The translations under genes and the position numbers were made by a program. The notes beneath the pieces were generated by a model, which had not been told where the DNA came from, made no database searches, and was given only the letters and a program-made list of their open reading frames with translations. Below, one piece after another: positions 38,922 through 49,565 of a stretch of 64,000 bases of DNA; position 1 is the first letter of the stretch; each line of letters starts with the position of its first letter. The DNA is taken from IMG/VR virus record IMGVR_UViG_3300050335_000039, positions 14,811 to 78,810 of that record. One strand, given 5' to 3'. This DNA comes from a virus (Duplodnaviria; Caudoviricetes).

Positions 38922-41900
38922 ATGGATGTACAGGTTTTACTTAATTCAATAGATATTACAAATAATTTAATTTCTTATGTAAGAAATAATGATATTTGTA
39001 CAGGCATTTGTACTATTACTATAGTTACAACTAATAAAATAAATATTTCAATTAATCCCTATGATATTATAGATGTGTATGAAGAATCAATAAAAAAGGG
39101 TACATATTATGTTTCATCTATATCCCAAAATATAGATAACGGAACTATAGAAATAGAAGCACAAGATGGAACAAAATTATTACAAGATAATTTTATTGAA
39201 ACAGTCTATACATTAGATGGTACTACTACAACCAAATATTGGATAGAAACGTATTTAAATCTTACTGGTATAAACTATATTTTTGATACAACAGAAGAGG
39301 GCAATTATCTTCTAGAAAATAGCACATTAGGGCCAGGAACTGCGTATGAAATAATACAACCGCTTTTATATAAAAGTGGCTGGTACATGTATTTTGATGA
39401 AAATAATTATTGCCACATAGCTAATTTATTAGCAGACGCTTCTAATGTATCTGCTATATTTGATGATAATTCAATTATTAAATTAAGTAGAACACAGAAT
39501 GATTCTAAACTTAGAAATAGAGCCGTTGTTTGGGGTAATGGTAGTGAAAGTGAAGGATGGATATTTGCTGAAGAATTAACATATACCCCATATAATTATG
39601 ATACAAATGATAAGAGAACTATAGTATATAGTGATTCAAATATAAAAACGCAATTACAGGCTAAACTAATAGCAAAACAACTATTAGAATCGTTTGCTTA
39701 TTTGGATGATACCAAAACAATAGAATTAGCCGGAGTATATAATATAAGAACTGGTAATACTGTTTTTGTAGATTCCGAGTATTATAATGGCATAGGTCTT
39801 ATTACTAGTATTACGGTTAATATGTCATCTTCCGGTTTAATAACTACTGTTGTTTTGGATGAAAGATGTCCGAGATTAATAGCGGCTTTTTATGGAGATG
39901 TTTTTATATCAACATGGGGAAATGGTATATGGAAGAAAAGTTTGTATGGCAATTCGTGGACTGATTATAGTACAGGATTAGAGGATTTACATATTAAAGA
40001 TTTATTTGTATGGAATGGAGTACTTGTTTGTACGGCAAATGACGGATATACTTGGTATAGGACTATTGCTGATTCTTCGTGGACTAAATTTTCTCATGGT
40101 ATATTAACAACATCTACAGGTTCTTTTTCAGAAAATGAAACAATGGCAGTAGCTTGCATGATAGACAAAGTTTCCGGTAATATATATTCTTTATATAATA
40201 CGAAGTCTATGTCTAATTCTAAACAAACCTGGGTTGTAATATTTAATAATCAGGGCAAAGTTTTAAACTATATTTGGTTAGAAACAGCAAGCAGTTCTAA
40301 TACTTTATTTGGTATAGATATAGAAAGAAGTGGTGAAAATACAATAATATCAACGGCATCAAATTATCTTTATAAGATAGTAAAGGATTTAACCAAAGGC
40401 AATAGAAAATATTATCCACATGAAGTATTAGATTTTGAGCAAAAAATAATGTCTATTGCACCTAATATACCTGCAAATACTACTACAAATTCATATTCCG
40501 CATATAGGGATTGTAAATACGGGTATCCTGCTTATGGATATATATCACAATTTGTAGTAATTAATGATGGATATATGTATAAAGATGCTATAATTAATGG
40601 AAATACATTATATTGGAAAGATAGATATGGATCAAAAACATTTACATTAAGTTTTCCATCTGCTCCAACTAGCGGATCATTAATTACTATATTAGATGTA
40701 GATTATTCGGATAGCATAAAATTTAGAGTATTCAAAGCAAGTTCAACCAATGGTGACTGGGTATTATATTATTTTGATAATCTATATGAGGGAGTAACAA
40801 AAACCGGTGAAATAGTGGCCTCCGGTAATATTTATACTGGAAGTACAGCATTATCTTATACTTTATATGGCCCAATTTTTAGAATGATTAATGGAATAGT
40901 TTATGTTCAATGGGGAGGATATACTGCAACTTCACGTATAGGATATTGCTTATCAATAGATATGGAGGATGGTTCATACTCATTAGCAAAGCCTATAGAT
41001 TTGGCAGATAGTAGTGGATATATATGGTATCCAACAACTACATATACTACAGTTGGATTGCCAAATGGAGTAGGTTTTTGTTCTCCATATTTAAAATATG
41101 ATTCGACCTCTTTACAATTTTCATTAAATATAGTAACGTATGAATGTAGAGATGCTGTTTGTAGTGAAGCAAAACACTTTACTTTCTATACGTCACAATC
41201 AAACTTAAATGGATATTCATATAAGGGATGCTATAATTTTGAACTAGGAAGTGGTACAGAAGGAATAGTAATAAGAGGTACTATGCATGGATGGGAAAGA
41301 ACTTTTCCATGTCATTTACTATATCCTACTATAGATACGTATGTATTTTATACTTTAGCTTTTGGCCATTCTGAAGGAATATTTATAAACCATTACTATT
41401 ATTATGGTACAGGTTATACAGCAGATTGTGTAAATAATACCTATATACCATACTATGGTGAATATGGTGAGTGGAAAGAATATTGCACTACTTCGTTTTC
41501 TACTGCCGATAGAGTATTATATTCAAATAAACATAAACTTATATATCTACAAACCAAATATATTATGGATATATATGGTAATAAACTAGGAGAAATATCA
41601 ACAATCACTATAGATTCTAATACTTTTATAAGCCCATTTATAGATGATCTAGATGGCAGTATATATATATTTAGTACAGGAGGAATGTACGGTTTTTCCA
41701 GAGAGGGAAATTTTGTAAAATACCTAAAAGGCCCAACCGGAGCTTTTGGAAATACATTTACATACTCTGGAGGATTCTTAATATTTACACAGAAAAATGG
41801 AGCTAACGGCATAAGTGGCTGTAATGTTCTAAAATTGACTGATGAAGTATTTTTAGACAAAGTATGGGGTTATTATGTAGTAAGAATAGAGGGAAACAAT

Positions 41901-42626
41901 AAATTTAATCTTGTTGATTTCCATTGGAAACCACTTAGACTAGAAAATTCTAGAGCATTTCCACTGGTATCTTATACTGTAGATACAGATGTTTTTTCTG
42001 GAACACCTAATAAATATGTATTTCCTTATACATATAGTGGTTTTCTATTTGGAGCGGATTTAGTAAATATTTATTCAAGTACTACTTTATCTGGTTATTC
42101 TGGGGTAGTTGTCTCAGGAGGAATAACTAATTCTGGTATATTTGGTATTACAAAGAAGGTTATTTTTGGTGATTATGATGATGTAAGAATTTTTGATGTA
42201 TATGGAAGTTCAATAACTACAGCAGGAGAGATATTAAATAATTATAACGGATATAGGTATTTTGGTGCCGTTTCTTCTAGCGGACAATTAAAAATAGGCG
42301 ATATAAATACCATTAGTGGTTATTATGATATTTATCAGGAGTTAGACCCACTAAGTGCTTATCAACCAAATTCCTATTTTTATGATATAGGTTCTGGACT
42401 AATGTATAATCCACCTGGATTATATACTGTATTTACTATGAGCGGAAGTAAATTTAGGATGGAAACCACTAATAGTTATGATATACCATTTTTATTTGCA
42501 TCAGAAACAACACAATCTGGAAATAATTTTCACCAAAGAGATAGCAATAGTGATATTTTTACTGAAAGAAATGTTAATTTACCAGGTAGTGAAATTACTA
42601 TGATTAGGGCAGATGATATAATATAG
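38922..42626 (+). CDS. Large tail tip protein: hub domain plus beta-propeller-like receptor-binding region
   Basis: N-terminal hub similar to the previous gene (YFDENN, RNRAVVWG); STWGNGIWK and WTDYSTGL propeller-like repeats; Y/S/T/G-rich. Confidence 0.65.
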   Translation: MDVQVLLNSIDITNNLISYVRNNDICTGICTITIVTTNKINISINPYDIIDVYEESIKKGTYYVSSISQNIDNGTIEIEAQDGTKLLQDNFIETVYTLDGTTTTKYWIETYLNLTGINYIFDTTEEGNYLLENSTLGPGTAYEIIQPLLYKSGWYMYFDENNYCHIANLLADASNVSAIFDDNSIIKLSRTQNDSKLRNRAVVWGNGSESEGWIFAEELTYTPYNYDTNDKRTIVYSDSNIKTQLQAKLIAKQLLESFAYLDDTKTIELAGVYNIRTGNTVFVDSEYYNGIGLITSITVNMSSSGLITTVVLDERCPRLIAAFYGDVFISTWGNGIWKKSLYGNSWTDYSTGLEDLHIKDLFVWNGVLVCTANDGYTWYRTIADSSWTKFSHGILTTSTGSFSENETMAVACMIDKVSGNIYSLYNTKSMSNSKQTWVVIFNNQGKVLNYIWLETASSSNTLFGIDIERSGENTIISTASNYLYKIVKDLTKGNRKYYPHEVLDFEQKIMSIAPNIPANTTTNSYSAYRDCKYGYPAYGYISQFVVINDGYMYKDAIINGNTLYWKDRYGSKTFTLSFPSAPTSGSLITILDVDYSDSIKFRVFKASSTNGDWVLYYFDNLYEGVTKTGEIVASGNIYTGSTALSYTLYGPIFRMINGIVYVQWGGYTATSRIGYCLSIDMEDGSYSLAKPIDLADSSGYIWYPTTTYTTVGLPNGVGFCSPYLKYDSTSLQFSLNIVTYECRDAVCSEAKHFTFYTSQSNLNGYSYKGCYNFELGSGTEGIVIRGTMHGWERTFPCHLLYPTIDTYVFYTLAFGHSEGIFINHYYYYGTGYTADCVNNTYIPYYGEYGEWKEYCTTSFSTADRVLYSNKHKLIYLQTKYIMDIYGNKLGEISTITIDSNTFISPFIDDLDGSIYIFSTGGMYGFSREGNFVKYLKGPTGAFGNTFTYSGGFLIFTQKNGANGISGCNVLKLTDEVFLDKVWGYYVVRIEGNNKFNLVDFHWKPLRLENSRAFPLVSYTVDTDVFSGTPNKYVFPYTYSGFLFGADLVNIYSSTTLSGYSGVVVSGGITNSGIFGITKKVIFGDYDDVRIFDVYGSSITTAGEILNNYNGYRYFGAVSSSGQLKIGDINTISGYYDIYQELDPLSAYQPNSYFYDIGSGLMYNPPGLYTVFTMSGSKFRMETTNSYDIPFLFASETTQSGNNFHQRDSNSDIFTERNVNLPGSEITMIRADDII

Positions 42627-42633
42627 AGGAAAC

Positions 42634-45423
42634 ATGTCAAGTTTTGAAATAAAATTTTTTGAGTATTTGAATACATTAAAAAGTTATTGGAAAACAATGC
42701 CATTAAATCTAGGTGGTACCGGAGGAGATGGGGGAGGTACCGGAGGGCCACCTGGCGGTTTTGTTGGTCAATTACCACAAACAAGGGTTTGTTATGATGT
42801 AACAGAATCTGCTACAAATTTAACAACATCAAGCGGAAGATCATTATTAGATAATTTAAATCATATAAGATATAGATTAAGAGCATTAGAAACTGGTAGT
42901 GGAATATCGGTTAGTGGTGGTGGACATACCATAGCCTATAATGATGTAGTAATGCCACAAAGGACAACATTAAATTTCACTGGAACAGGTGTTACTGTAA
43001 TAGATGATTCTATAAATAATTCTACTGATATTAATATAATTGCAGGAAGCGGAGGAGGTGGCGGTACTCCTGGTGGGTCAGATACACAAGTACAATTCAA
43101 TGACGGAGGATCGTTTGGAGGAGACAGCGGGTTTATTTATAATAAAAATACAGATACAGCTACATTAGCTGGAGAGCTTCATATTTCAGGTTTAACTGGT
43201 AATATATTAAGTTCAACAGCAGTAAAATCTGGTATTATGGAATTAGACCAATCACAGTACTATGAATATAATACTGGGTTTGTAACTTTTAATTATCCAG
43301 GTACATATTATACTATTACTGGAGGAGCTCTAAGACTTGATATACCAGGTTACGGATATATAAAAGGTAAAAAAGTTTCTTGGTCTGCTCCACAAACTAC
43401 ATCTGTTTTTAGTGCTAATACCTGTAATTATGTTTATATAAATTCTAATGGAACTATAGGTAGCACATCCACTTTATCTGATAGCTTATATCAAGATTAT
43501 ATAGTTTTATTTGAAGTATTATACGATGGTACTAATTATATAGCAGTTAAAGAAAATCATCAATACTCATCTAATGCTTTATCTAGAAGAAATTTACATA
43601 GAGAAGTTGGCCCAGTAATAAGAAATGACAATAGGGGAGCTATTGTAGAAAAATTAGGCACAGGATATGGGTCTAATGCTAACGACAGAAGAATAAAAAT
43701 AACTGGTACAGATTATTTAGATGACGAAGATTTAACTACAGTAGTATCTGATAGTGGGGGCTCTGCTGTTACTTTAAATAACTATTATAGAAGTATGACA
43801 GACGGTAAATGGTATTTATATTCACAAGATACAGAATTACCGATGAGATATAGCGGAGCCGGAGGTACGGCAGATGCAATTACTTTAAATAGATTTGCCA
43901 CCTTTAGAATATATGTCGCAAAGGATAATTTAAATTCATCCAGTCCTATTTATTTTTCAGTAATGGGTGAAGGCGATTATGCATCAGATTCTTTAGCTAG
44001 AACAGCCATAATAAATGGAACAGTTAGAGCTACTAACGAATTAGCTGGATTAGAATTAGTACAATTAGCCATAGTTATAGTAAAATATAATACATACGGT
44101 GGATATATATATGAAGTAATAGTGGATAAAGACGTATCAAAAGGAAAACCAACAGGAACAGGAGCCACTACACAGGCTTTATTAGTTTCTACAAATACCA
44201 CATATTTTAATGGAATTCTATCTGGAAGTAATACTAGCGTACAGGATGCTTTAGATACTATAGATAATTATGTACCAAGAGTAAACTACAGCTCTACTTT
44301 TCCATCCTCACCTACAGAAGGAGAATTATTTATACATACTCCAACTGGTAGAGCTATATTATATGTATATAAAGGATCGGCATGGAATGCTATCCAATCT
44401 TTAGGTACTATGACTATGTATGTAGATGGAACTAATGGAACAGATAGTGTTTCTCATGGTACTGCTTCTGGGACTAGTGCATTTGCCACATTACAATATG
44501 CTATAAATATGATACCACCGGTAGTAAACGGAAATGTAGTAATTTATGTACTAAATCAAACGGCAGAAGATGTAGTTATTATGGGAAAAACATTTGGTGG
44601 AAACTATTCTATAGATATTTATGGGGCTTTAACTACTGGAACCGCCGTAACAGATAGTGGTGCTGGGGTACAAGGGGCAGGATCAACCAGAGCTACAGTA
44701 GTAAGAAGTTCAGGAACTTGGACGACAAACCAAATACAACACCAATTGTTAAGGGGGACTAGTGGCGGAAATAATGGAGTATATAGACTGGTAGATAGTA
44801 ATACTACTACAACAGCTACGTTAGTAGGAACGTGGATTGCTGATCCAGCAGCAGGAGAATCGTTTTGCCCTTATTATTGGGGTGGTACAGCATTAAATTC
44901 TATTACTGTAACCAACGGACAAAAAGGAGTAAATATATATGATATAAATATAGGAACTTTAACGTCATCAAATGGATCAGTATGTTCAGCTACTAGATGT
45001 AGTATTGTATATACTCTTTCTACTGTTCAATCACTAATAGATTTAGATACGTGTTTTTGTAACAGGACTACTGGAACAGTAATTATAGCTAGTACAAGTT
45101 CCAGGGTAAAAACGGATAGATGTAAAGTTCTTGGGGTTAGTGGTACTACTATAGGAATGGAATCTGCTTACTCCTCAATTTTACTCGTACGATACGGAAC
45201 AGTTATCGCATCTCATATATACGGAGCAAGGGCTACAACTAATGGAGTTATAGAATGTATTAATACTGCATCTGAAAATTATTTGTTTATTTCATCTTAT
45301 TCATCTTACGGCATCACATCAACTACTGGCGGACAAGTATTAGGTACTTCTAACAACCAGTATGGCGGTGGTGGCTCTGGAACAGAGTTACCTGTAGCGG
45401 CAAGTTATGGATATATTGATTAA
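42634..45423 (+). CDS. Tail fibre protein
   Basis: Gly-rich linkers, PGGSDTQVQFNDGGSFGG motif, MYVDGTNGTD and C-terminal beta-helix-like region. Confidence 0.75.
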   Translation: MSSFEIKFFEYLNTLKSYWKTMPLNLGGTGGDGGGTGGPPGGFVGQLPQTRVCYDVTESATNLTTSSGRSLLDNLNHIRYRLRALETGSGISVSGGGHTIAYNDVVMPQRTTLNFTGTGVTVIDDSINNSTDINIIAGSGGGGGTPGGSDTQVQFNDGGSFGGDSGFIYNKNTDTATLAGELHISGLTGNILSSTAVKSGIMELDQSQYYEYNTGFVTFNYPGTYYTITGGALRLDIPGYGYIKGKKVSWSAPQTTSVFSANTCNYVYINSNGTIGSTSTLSDSLYQDYIVLFEVLYDGTNYIAVKENHQYSSNALSRRNLHREVGPVIRNDNRGAIVEKLGTGYGSNANDRRIKITGTDYLDDEDLTTVVSDSGGSAVTLNNYYRSMTDGKWYLYSQDTELPMRYSGAGGTADAITLNRFATFRIYVAKDNLNSSSPIYFSVMGEGDYASDSLARTAIINGTVRATNELAGLELVQLAIVIVKYNTYGGYIYEVIVDKDVSKGKPTGTGATTQALLVSTNTTYFNGILSGSNTSVQDALDTIDNYVPRVNYSSTFPSSPTEGELFIHTPTGRAILYVYKGSAWNAIQSLGTMTMYVDGTNGTDSVSHGTASGTSAFATLQYAINMIPPVVNGNVVIYVLNQTAEDVVIMGKTFGGNYSIDIYGALTTGTAVTDSGAGVQGAGSTRATVVRSSGTWTTNQIQHQLLRGTSGGNNGVYRLVDSNTTTTATLVGTWIADPAAGESFCPYYWGGTALNSITVTNGQKGVNIYDINIGTLTSSNGSVCSATRCSIVYTLSTVQSLIDLDTCFCNRTTGTVIIASTSSRVKTDRCKVLGVSGTTIGMESAYSSILLVRYGTVIASHIYGARATTNGVIECINTASENYLFISSYSSYGITSTTGGQVLGTSNNQYGGGGSGTELPVAASYGYID

Positions 45424-45905
45424 TGAACATCTGGCCTTTCTTACTTTTTATACCTATTATAATAAATAATTTATATTCTTGTCCTATAAATAACAATAGT
45501 TGGTTATGTAATTCTTTATGGTCTGATAATCCAGCTATTGTAAGAGAACAATTAAATCCATATTGGGTTAGTAGTGAAAATCATACTGTTACTTTATATA
45601 ATCTTACTAGTAACTCAATATGGTTACTTTCTCATAATACTCTGTGGCCTGGAATAGTATGGAAGAATTTAAAAATAGGCGACGAATTAAAATATAGTTC
45701 TAATGAAATAGTTAGAGTATTTTATGTAAAAGAGATATATAATTTTACATTAGAAAATCCAAACGACCCTTTTTCTAATTGGGTAGATGAAAATGGAACT
45801 ACCTATAATACTTTTGAGATTATAAAAAGATTTGATAAACAAAATAATTTAATCTTACAAACTTGTACTAGCAAAGGAAGATTAATTTTAATATCAAAGG
45901 AGTAA
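45423..45905 (+). CDS. Sortase-like protein with signal/anchor peptide
   Basis: SHN (His), LKIGDE, LILQTC (Cys), GRL (Arg) in sortase order. Confidence 0.6.
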   Translation: MNIWPFLLFIPIIINNLYSCPINNNSWLCNSLWSDNPAIVREQLNPYWVSSENHTVTLYNLTSNSIWLLSHNTLWPGIVWKNLKIGDELKYSSNEIVRVFYVKEIYNFTLENPNDPFSNWVDENGTTYNTFEIIKRFDKQNNLILQTCTSKGRLILISKE

Positions 45906-45906
45906 A

Positions 45907-46170
45907 ATGTTAGTATATTATGATGCTGTTACAGGATATACAGCATACGCTGTATATGATTATCAAAAATTTAATGATATTCAAATGAACACGATGAAAA
46001 ATCCTGCTTATATCTTAGTAGATGAGATTGAAGAAAATAGAGGATTATGTAGAGAATTATATGAAACGGCTGGAAAAACGGATAAAAATGGTAACCATAA
46101 ATATACAGTAATTAGCGGAGAAATTTATAAAAACAATGAGTATGACGAAACTTATTATAGCATCGAATAA
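45907..46170 (+). CDS. Hypothetical protein, possible tail fibre chaperone
   Basis: 87 aa downstream of fibre; positional inference. Confidence 0.45.
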   Translation: MLVYYDAVTGYTAYAVYDYQKFNDIQMNTMKNPAYILVDEIEENRGLCRELYETAGKTDKNGNHKYTVISGEIYKNNEYDETYYSIE

Positions 46171-46330
46171 ATATAAGAATGGAATTCTTTCTTCTTTCAA
46201 TGAAAAGAAATATAAATCCTGGAAAAAATTATCAATTGACGAAAAATTGGATTTAATTGCCTATATATTAAATATAGTAGATTCTAATGGAAATGTAATA
46301 ATTAACACTAAAACCGATAAAGTAGTATAA
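46136..46330 (+). CDS. Hypothetical protein
   Basis: Short ORF filling the operon gap. Confidence 0.4.
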   Translation: MSMTKLIIASNKYKNGILSSFNEKKYKSWKKLSIDEKLDLIAYILNIVDSNGNVIINTKTDKVV

Positions 46331-46351
46331 TTAAAATAAAAAGGAGTTATT

Positions 46352-46714
46352 ATGCCAACTAATTATTCAGCAACAAGGGGAACTTTTGTAATACCAATTG
46401 ATCCTTTAATTATGAATGGTAGCATTCCTGTTATGTATGGTTATGGTAATGATTTATTACCACAAAGAAATGCAAAGGGTGTTATTATTATGAAAGCCGC
46501 TAGAACAGGTGTTTTTGAGAAACTACGTACCTGCAAAAAAGTAGCTTATGTGCAGGGAGGATTAACTAGTGGGGTTGGTAAATTTTACAAACTACATAGC
46601 CAATATACATTGGATAAAGGGAAAAAATTCAATCCAACAGTAGAAGGATTATATTTAATCCTAAGGTGGGAAGAAACTGGCACATTAGAAATATTTAGAT
46701 TTACACAAATATAA
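46352..46714 (+). CDS. Hypothetical protein
   Basis: 120 aa, AGGAG SD. Confidence 0.55.
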   Translation: MPTNYSATRGTFVIPIDPLIMNGSIPVMYGYGNDLLPQRNAKGVIIMKAARTGVFEKLRTCKKVAYVQGGLTSGVGKFYKLHSQYTLDKGKKFNPTVEGLYLILRWEETGTLEIFRFTQI

Positions 46715-46725
46715 AGGAGATTTAT

Positions 46726-47613
46726 ATGGAAAAAGCAATAGGGGTAGATGTAAGTTATTATCAGCAAATAATAGATTGGAATCAGGTAGAAGTAGATTTT
46801 GCTATAATTAGATGTTTATACGGTAACTATGAAATTGATCCAAAATTTATTGAACATTTTGACGGAGCTAACAATAAAGTTCCTGTAGTTGGTGTATATG
46901 TTTGGTGGGATGCTACATTAAATCCACAAAAACAAGCAGCAAAAACTTTAGAGATATTAGCAGATAGAAAACCTGATTTTATAGCTATAGATGCAGAACA
47001 GTGGTGGTCTGATTGGAATAAATGGAGAGAATGGAGAAGGGGCGATATTACTAGGGATGAAGTTCCTAGATTTAGTGACGGGCAGTTATCTTCCAGTTTA
47101 AAGATGCTATTTACAAAATTAGCAGAAAGCGGAATTCCAATAATAATTTATACATCCAAAGGATTTATAGATAGTTATATGCCATCTATAACTACATGGC
47201 TAAAAGACAAAATTTTATGGCTAGCCCAGTATCTTACGGTAGTACAGAAATTCGATGTAAAAAAAGCGGCAACATGGAAAGACTTTAAAACAAATGTACT
47301 TCCTCTATTAAGTGAAAATCCAGCTGTTCCTAATGGAATGGATAAAACTTATTGGCATATTTGGCAAATAACCGGAGACCATTTTACTTTACCAGGTATG
47401 TGGTCAACCGTATATAAAAATAGACTTTCTGGTACAGATGTTAATATATTCAATGGTACTCTAGACGATATGAAAAAATTATTCAAAGTAAATAATGTAA
47501 TTACTACTCCCCCAACAGAAGAAGTAAATGTAGTTACATTAGATGAGTGGGCAAAAGAAGTTGATTCTTTTTTAAGAGATAGATTAAATTATGCGGGGTC
47601 AAAGTTAAAATAA
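46726..47613 (+). CDS. GH25 muramidase endolysin
   Basis: GVDVSYYQ..IDW, AIDAE (DxE), IIYT, LWLAQY, WQ, DVNIFNG. Confidence 0.85.
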   Translation: MEKAIGVDVSYYQQIIDWNQVEVDFAIIRCLYGNYEIDPKFIEHFDGANNKVPVVGVYVWWDATLNPQKQAAKTLEILADRKPDFIAIDAEQWWSDWNKWREWRRGDITRDEVPRFSDGQLSSSLKMLFTKLAESGIPIIIYTSKGFIDSYMPSITTWLKDKILWLAQYLTVVQKFDVKKAATWKDFKTNVLPLLSENPAVPNGMDKTYWHIWQITGDHFTLPGMWSTVYKNRLSGTDVNIFNGTLDDMKKLFKVNNVITTPPTEEVNVVTLDEWAKEVDSFLRDRLNYAGSKLK

Positions 47614-47614
47614 A

Positions 47615-48223
47615 ATGTTATTAGAGTTAGTAATAGTTCTATCTATAGCAGTATTTTTATATAAACTAGTATTAAATAAAGATTTAAGTTTAATGGGTTC
47701 TATATTATTAAGAATATATTTACTAGCTATAGTTATCGGTATATTAAATGACACAATAGAATTTGGTTTATTATTAATGTTAACAGCAGACCTTATATCT
47801 AGTTTTGTCTATTTTTTTACTATAGGTTTTCGTGAAAAAACAAAACAAAGGGAGTTATTAGATGCAATTGATTCCTTAAATAGAAAGTACCATGTAATAA
47901 CAAATTCCTCTTTTATGGCAGTATATGTTTTAGATAGGAAAGGGAATTTTATCTCCGTTAATAAAAGAGCTGAAGAAATTACAGGCTACACAAAAGAAGA
48001 ATTAGAAAAAATGAAATGTTATGATATAATAGTTAAATCACAGCAAGATAAAATAAAAGATAGTATATCTTATAGAATAAAAAATGGTATAGTTGATTCC
48101 ATTACTACTGTAGTAGATTTAGTAAGGAAGGATGGTAATATAGTTACCGTTGAATGCGTAAGTGCAGTCACAAAGAACGGGCAAATAACCATAACAGGTA
48201 TAGCTAGACCATTAAAGGAGTAA
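47615..48223 (+). CDS. Membrane protein with C-terminal PAS domain
   Basis: Three TM helices then VYVLDRKGNFISVNKRAEEITGYTKEEL...RKDG. Confidence 0.8.
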   Translation: MLLELVIVLSIAVFLYKLVLNKDLSLMGSILLRIYLLAIVIGILNDTIEFGLLLMLTADLISSFVYFFTIGFREKTKQRELLDAIDSLNRKYHVITNSSFMAVYVLDRKGNFISVNKRAEEITGYTKEELEKMKCYDIIVKSQQDKIKDSISYRIKNGIVDSITTVVDLVRKDGNIVTVECVSAVTKNGQITITGIARPLKE

Positions 48224-48224
48224 T

Positions 48225-48581
48225 ATGTCTTTTAGCGAAATATTAGGTTATGCCACAGCTATAGTTACTATTATATTAACAATATTTCAATTTAGAAAAA
48301 TTAAAGGTGAGGCCAAACTATCTGAATCTAGCGCAATTGAAAGTATATCTAGAGCCGCTGAGAATTTAGTAGAACAATATAGAAAGGAATCCGATTCATT
48401 AAGATTACGCAACAAGGAGCTAGAAGAAATAGTGGAGCTACTTCAAAATAAATTAAAAGAATTGACAGAAGAAATAGAAAAATTAAAAAAAGATTCTGAA
48501 ATAAAAAGAGAAAGAATAGAAAAATTAGATAAACAAGTAAAGGAGTTAAATAACTCATTAGAGTCTTGTTTAAAAAGTTAG
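48225..48581 (+). CDS. Single-TM coiled-coil protein (holin/lysis accessory-like)
   Basis: N-terminal TM, long heptad region, in lysis cassette. Confidence 0.55.
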   Translation: MSFSEILGYATAIVTIILTIFQFRKIKGEAKLSESSAIESISRAAENLVEQYRKESDSLRLRNKELEEIVELLQNKLKELTEEIEKLKKDSEIKRERIEKLDKQVKELNNSLESCLKS

Positions 48582-48593
48582 GAGGAAAATAAA

Positions 48594-48821
48594 ATGCCTT
48601 ACGGTATTCCAAAAGATATTGGAGGAGATTCTCCAGAAAACATAGAGTGGATGGAAAATTGTGTAGAAAAAGTTGAACCAAAAATGAAGGGAAGAAAAGA
48701 CCCAAAAGGTTCAGCCATAGCTATTTGTAAAACAGCATTAATGAAATCTAAAGGAAAAAACAAAGAAGCATCTACATTAATAAATTTAGTATTCGATTTA
48801 CCATTTGACGATAAAGAATAA
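48594..48821 (+). CDS. Hypothetical protein
   Basis: 75 aa, AGGAGG SD. Confidence 0.6.
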   Translation: MPYGIPKDIGGDSPENIEWMENCVEKVEPKMKGRKDPKGSAIAICKTALMKSKGKNKEASTLINLVFDLPFDDKE

Positions 48822-48839
48822 ATACTAGTGGAGGTTAAT

Positions 48840-49332
48840 ATGTGGTGCTTAGATGATAACACAGGTTTATTAATAGATGTGTTAGATTTAGAAGAGGGAG
48901 GAGCATCAATCAGAGTTACAATTACACTAGATAGATATTATACACAAATTGGTAAAATGGCAAACACGAGTGTAATAATGTCATAATCAAAGCGTTGTAA
49001 TGTTATACTCTACTGGAGGTAAACAACTACACATTATAAGTGAAATTTCCGCAGAAGGTACTTGCTATACAGTAACAAAAGAAGGGGTAATAACGGAACA
49101 GAAATAAATATAAAATGTCTAAATAGAGAATATACATACCAAGGAGAAAGTAAAGTATATCACACAAATGAGAACAGCTTTATTACCAGGAGGTACAGGC
49201 CCTAAATCTGGCGGAGGAGTTGCTAGAGAGGGGTTAGAGTGGATTCTAAAACCAAATACGAAATATTCTCTAACAAATATAAGTGGAAACACAATAAATA
49301 TAGGAATAATAAACAGCTTTTATGAAGTATAA
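48840..49332 (+). pseudogene. Frameshifted remnant of a phage gene
   Basis: GGAGG SD plus ATG; protein-like segments in successive frames ending LLPGGTGPKSGGGVAREGLEWILKPNTKY...FYEV-stop. Confidence 0.5.
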
Positions 49333-49364
49333 AAAAGAGAGATAAAAACTCTCTCTTTTTTATT
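49331..49364 (+). terminator. Intrinsic terminator ending the late operon
   Basis: AAAAAAGAGAGA-TAAAAAC-TCTCTCTTTTTT. Confidence 0.7.
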
Positions 49365-49368
49365 TAAT

Positions 49369-49499
49369 CCGATAAGGAAACCAAAAAAAATTTTTATAGT
49401 TAAATTAGAAAATGAATAGTAAAAACTGATAGGGAAACCGAAAATTAAGTTTAGAGCCTACAAATATACCTATAGACTAGAAATACCGATAAGGAATTC
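49369..49499 (+). repeat. Three spaced copies of CYGATARGGAAWYC
   Basis: CCGATAAGGAAACC 49369, CTGATAGGGAAACC 49426, CCGATAAGGAATTC 49486, each followed by an A/T tract. Confidence 0.65.
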
Positions 49500-49565
49500 A
49501 AAATTTAATTATAGAGTCTTTAGGGTACACACCGGCGGCAAATCGGACAAAAAGGGTCAGATTTG

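Noticed and set aside
38922-45423. Diversity-generating retroelement targeting tail genes
   Set aside because: No reverse transcriptase and no template/variable repeat pair noticed in the window
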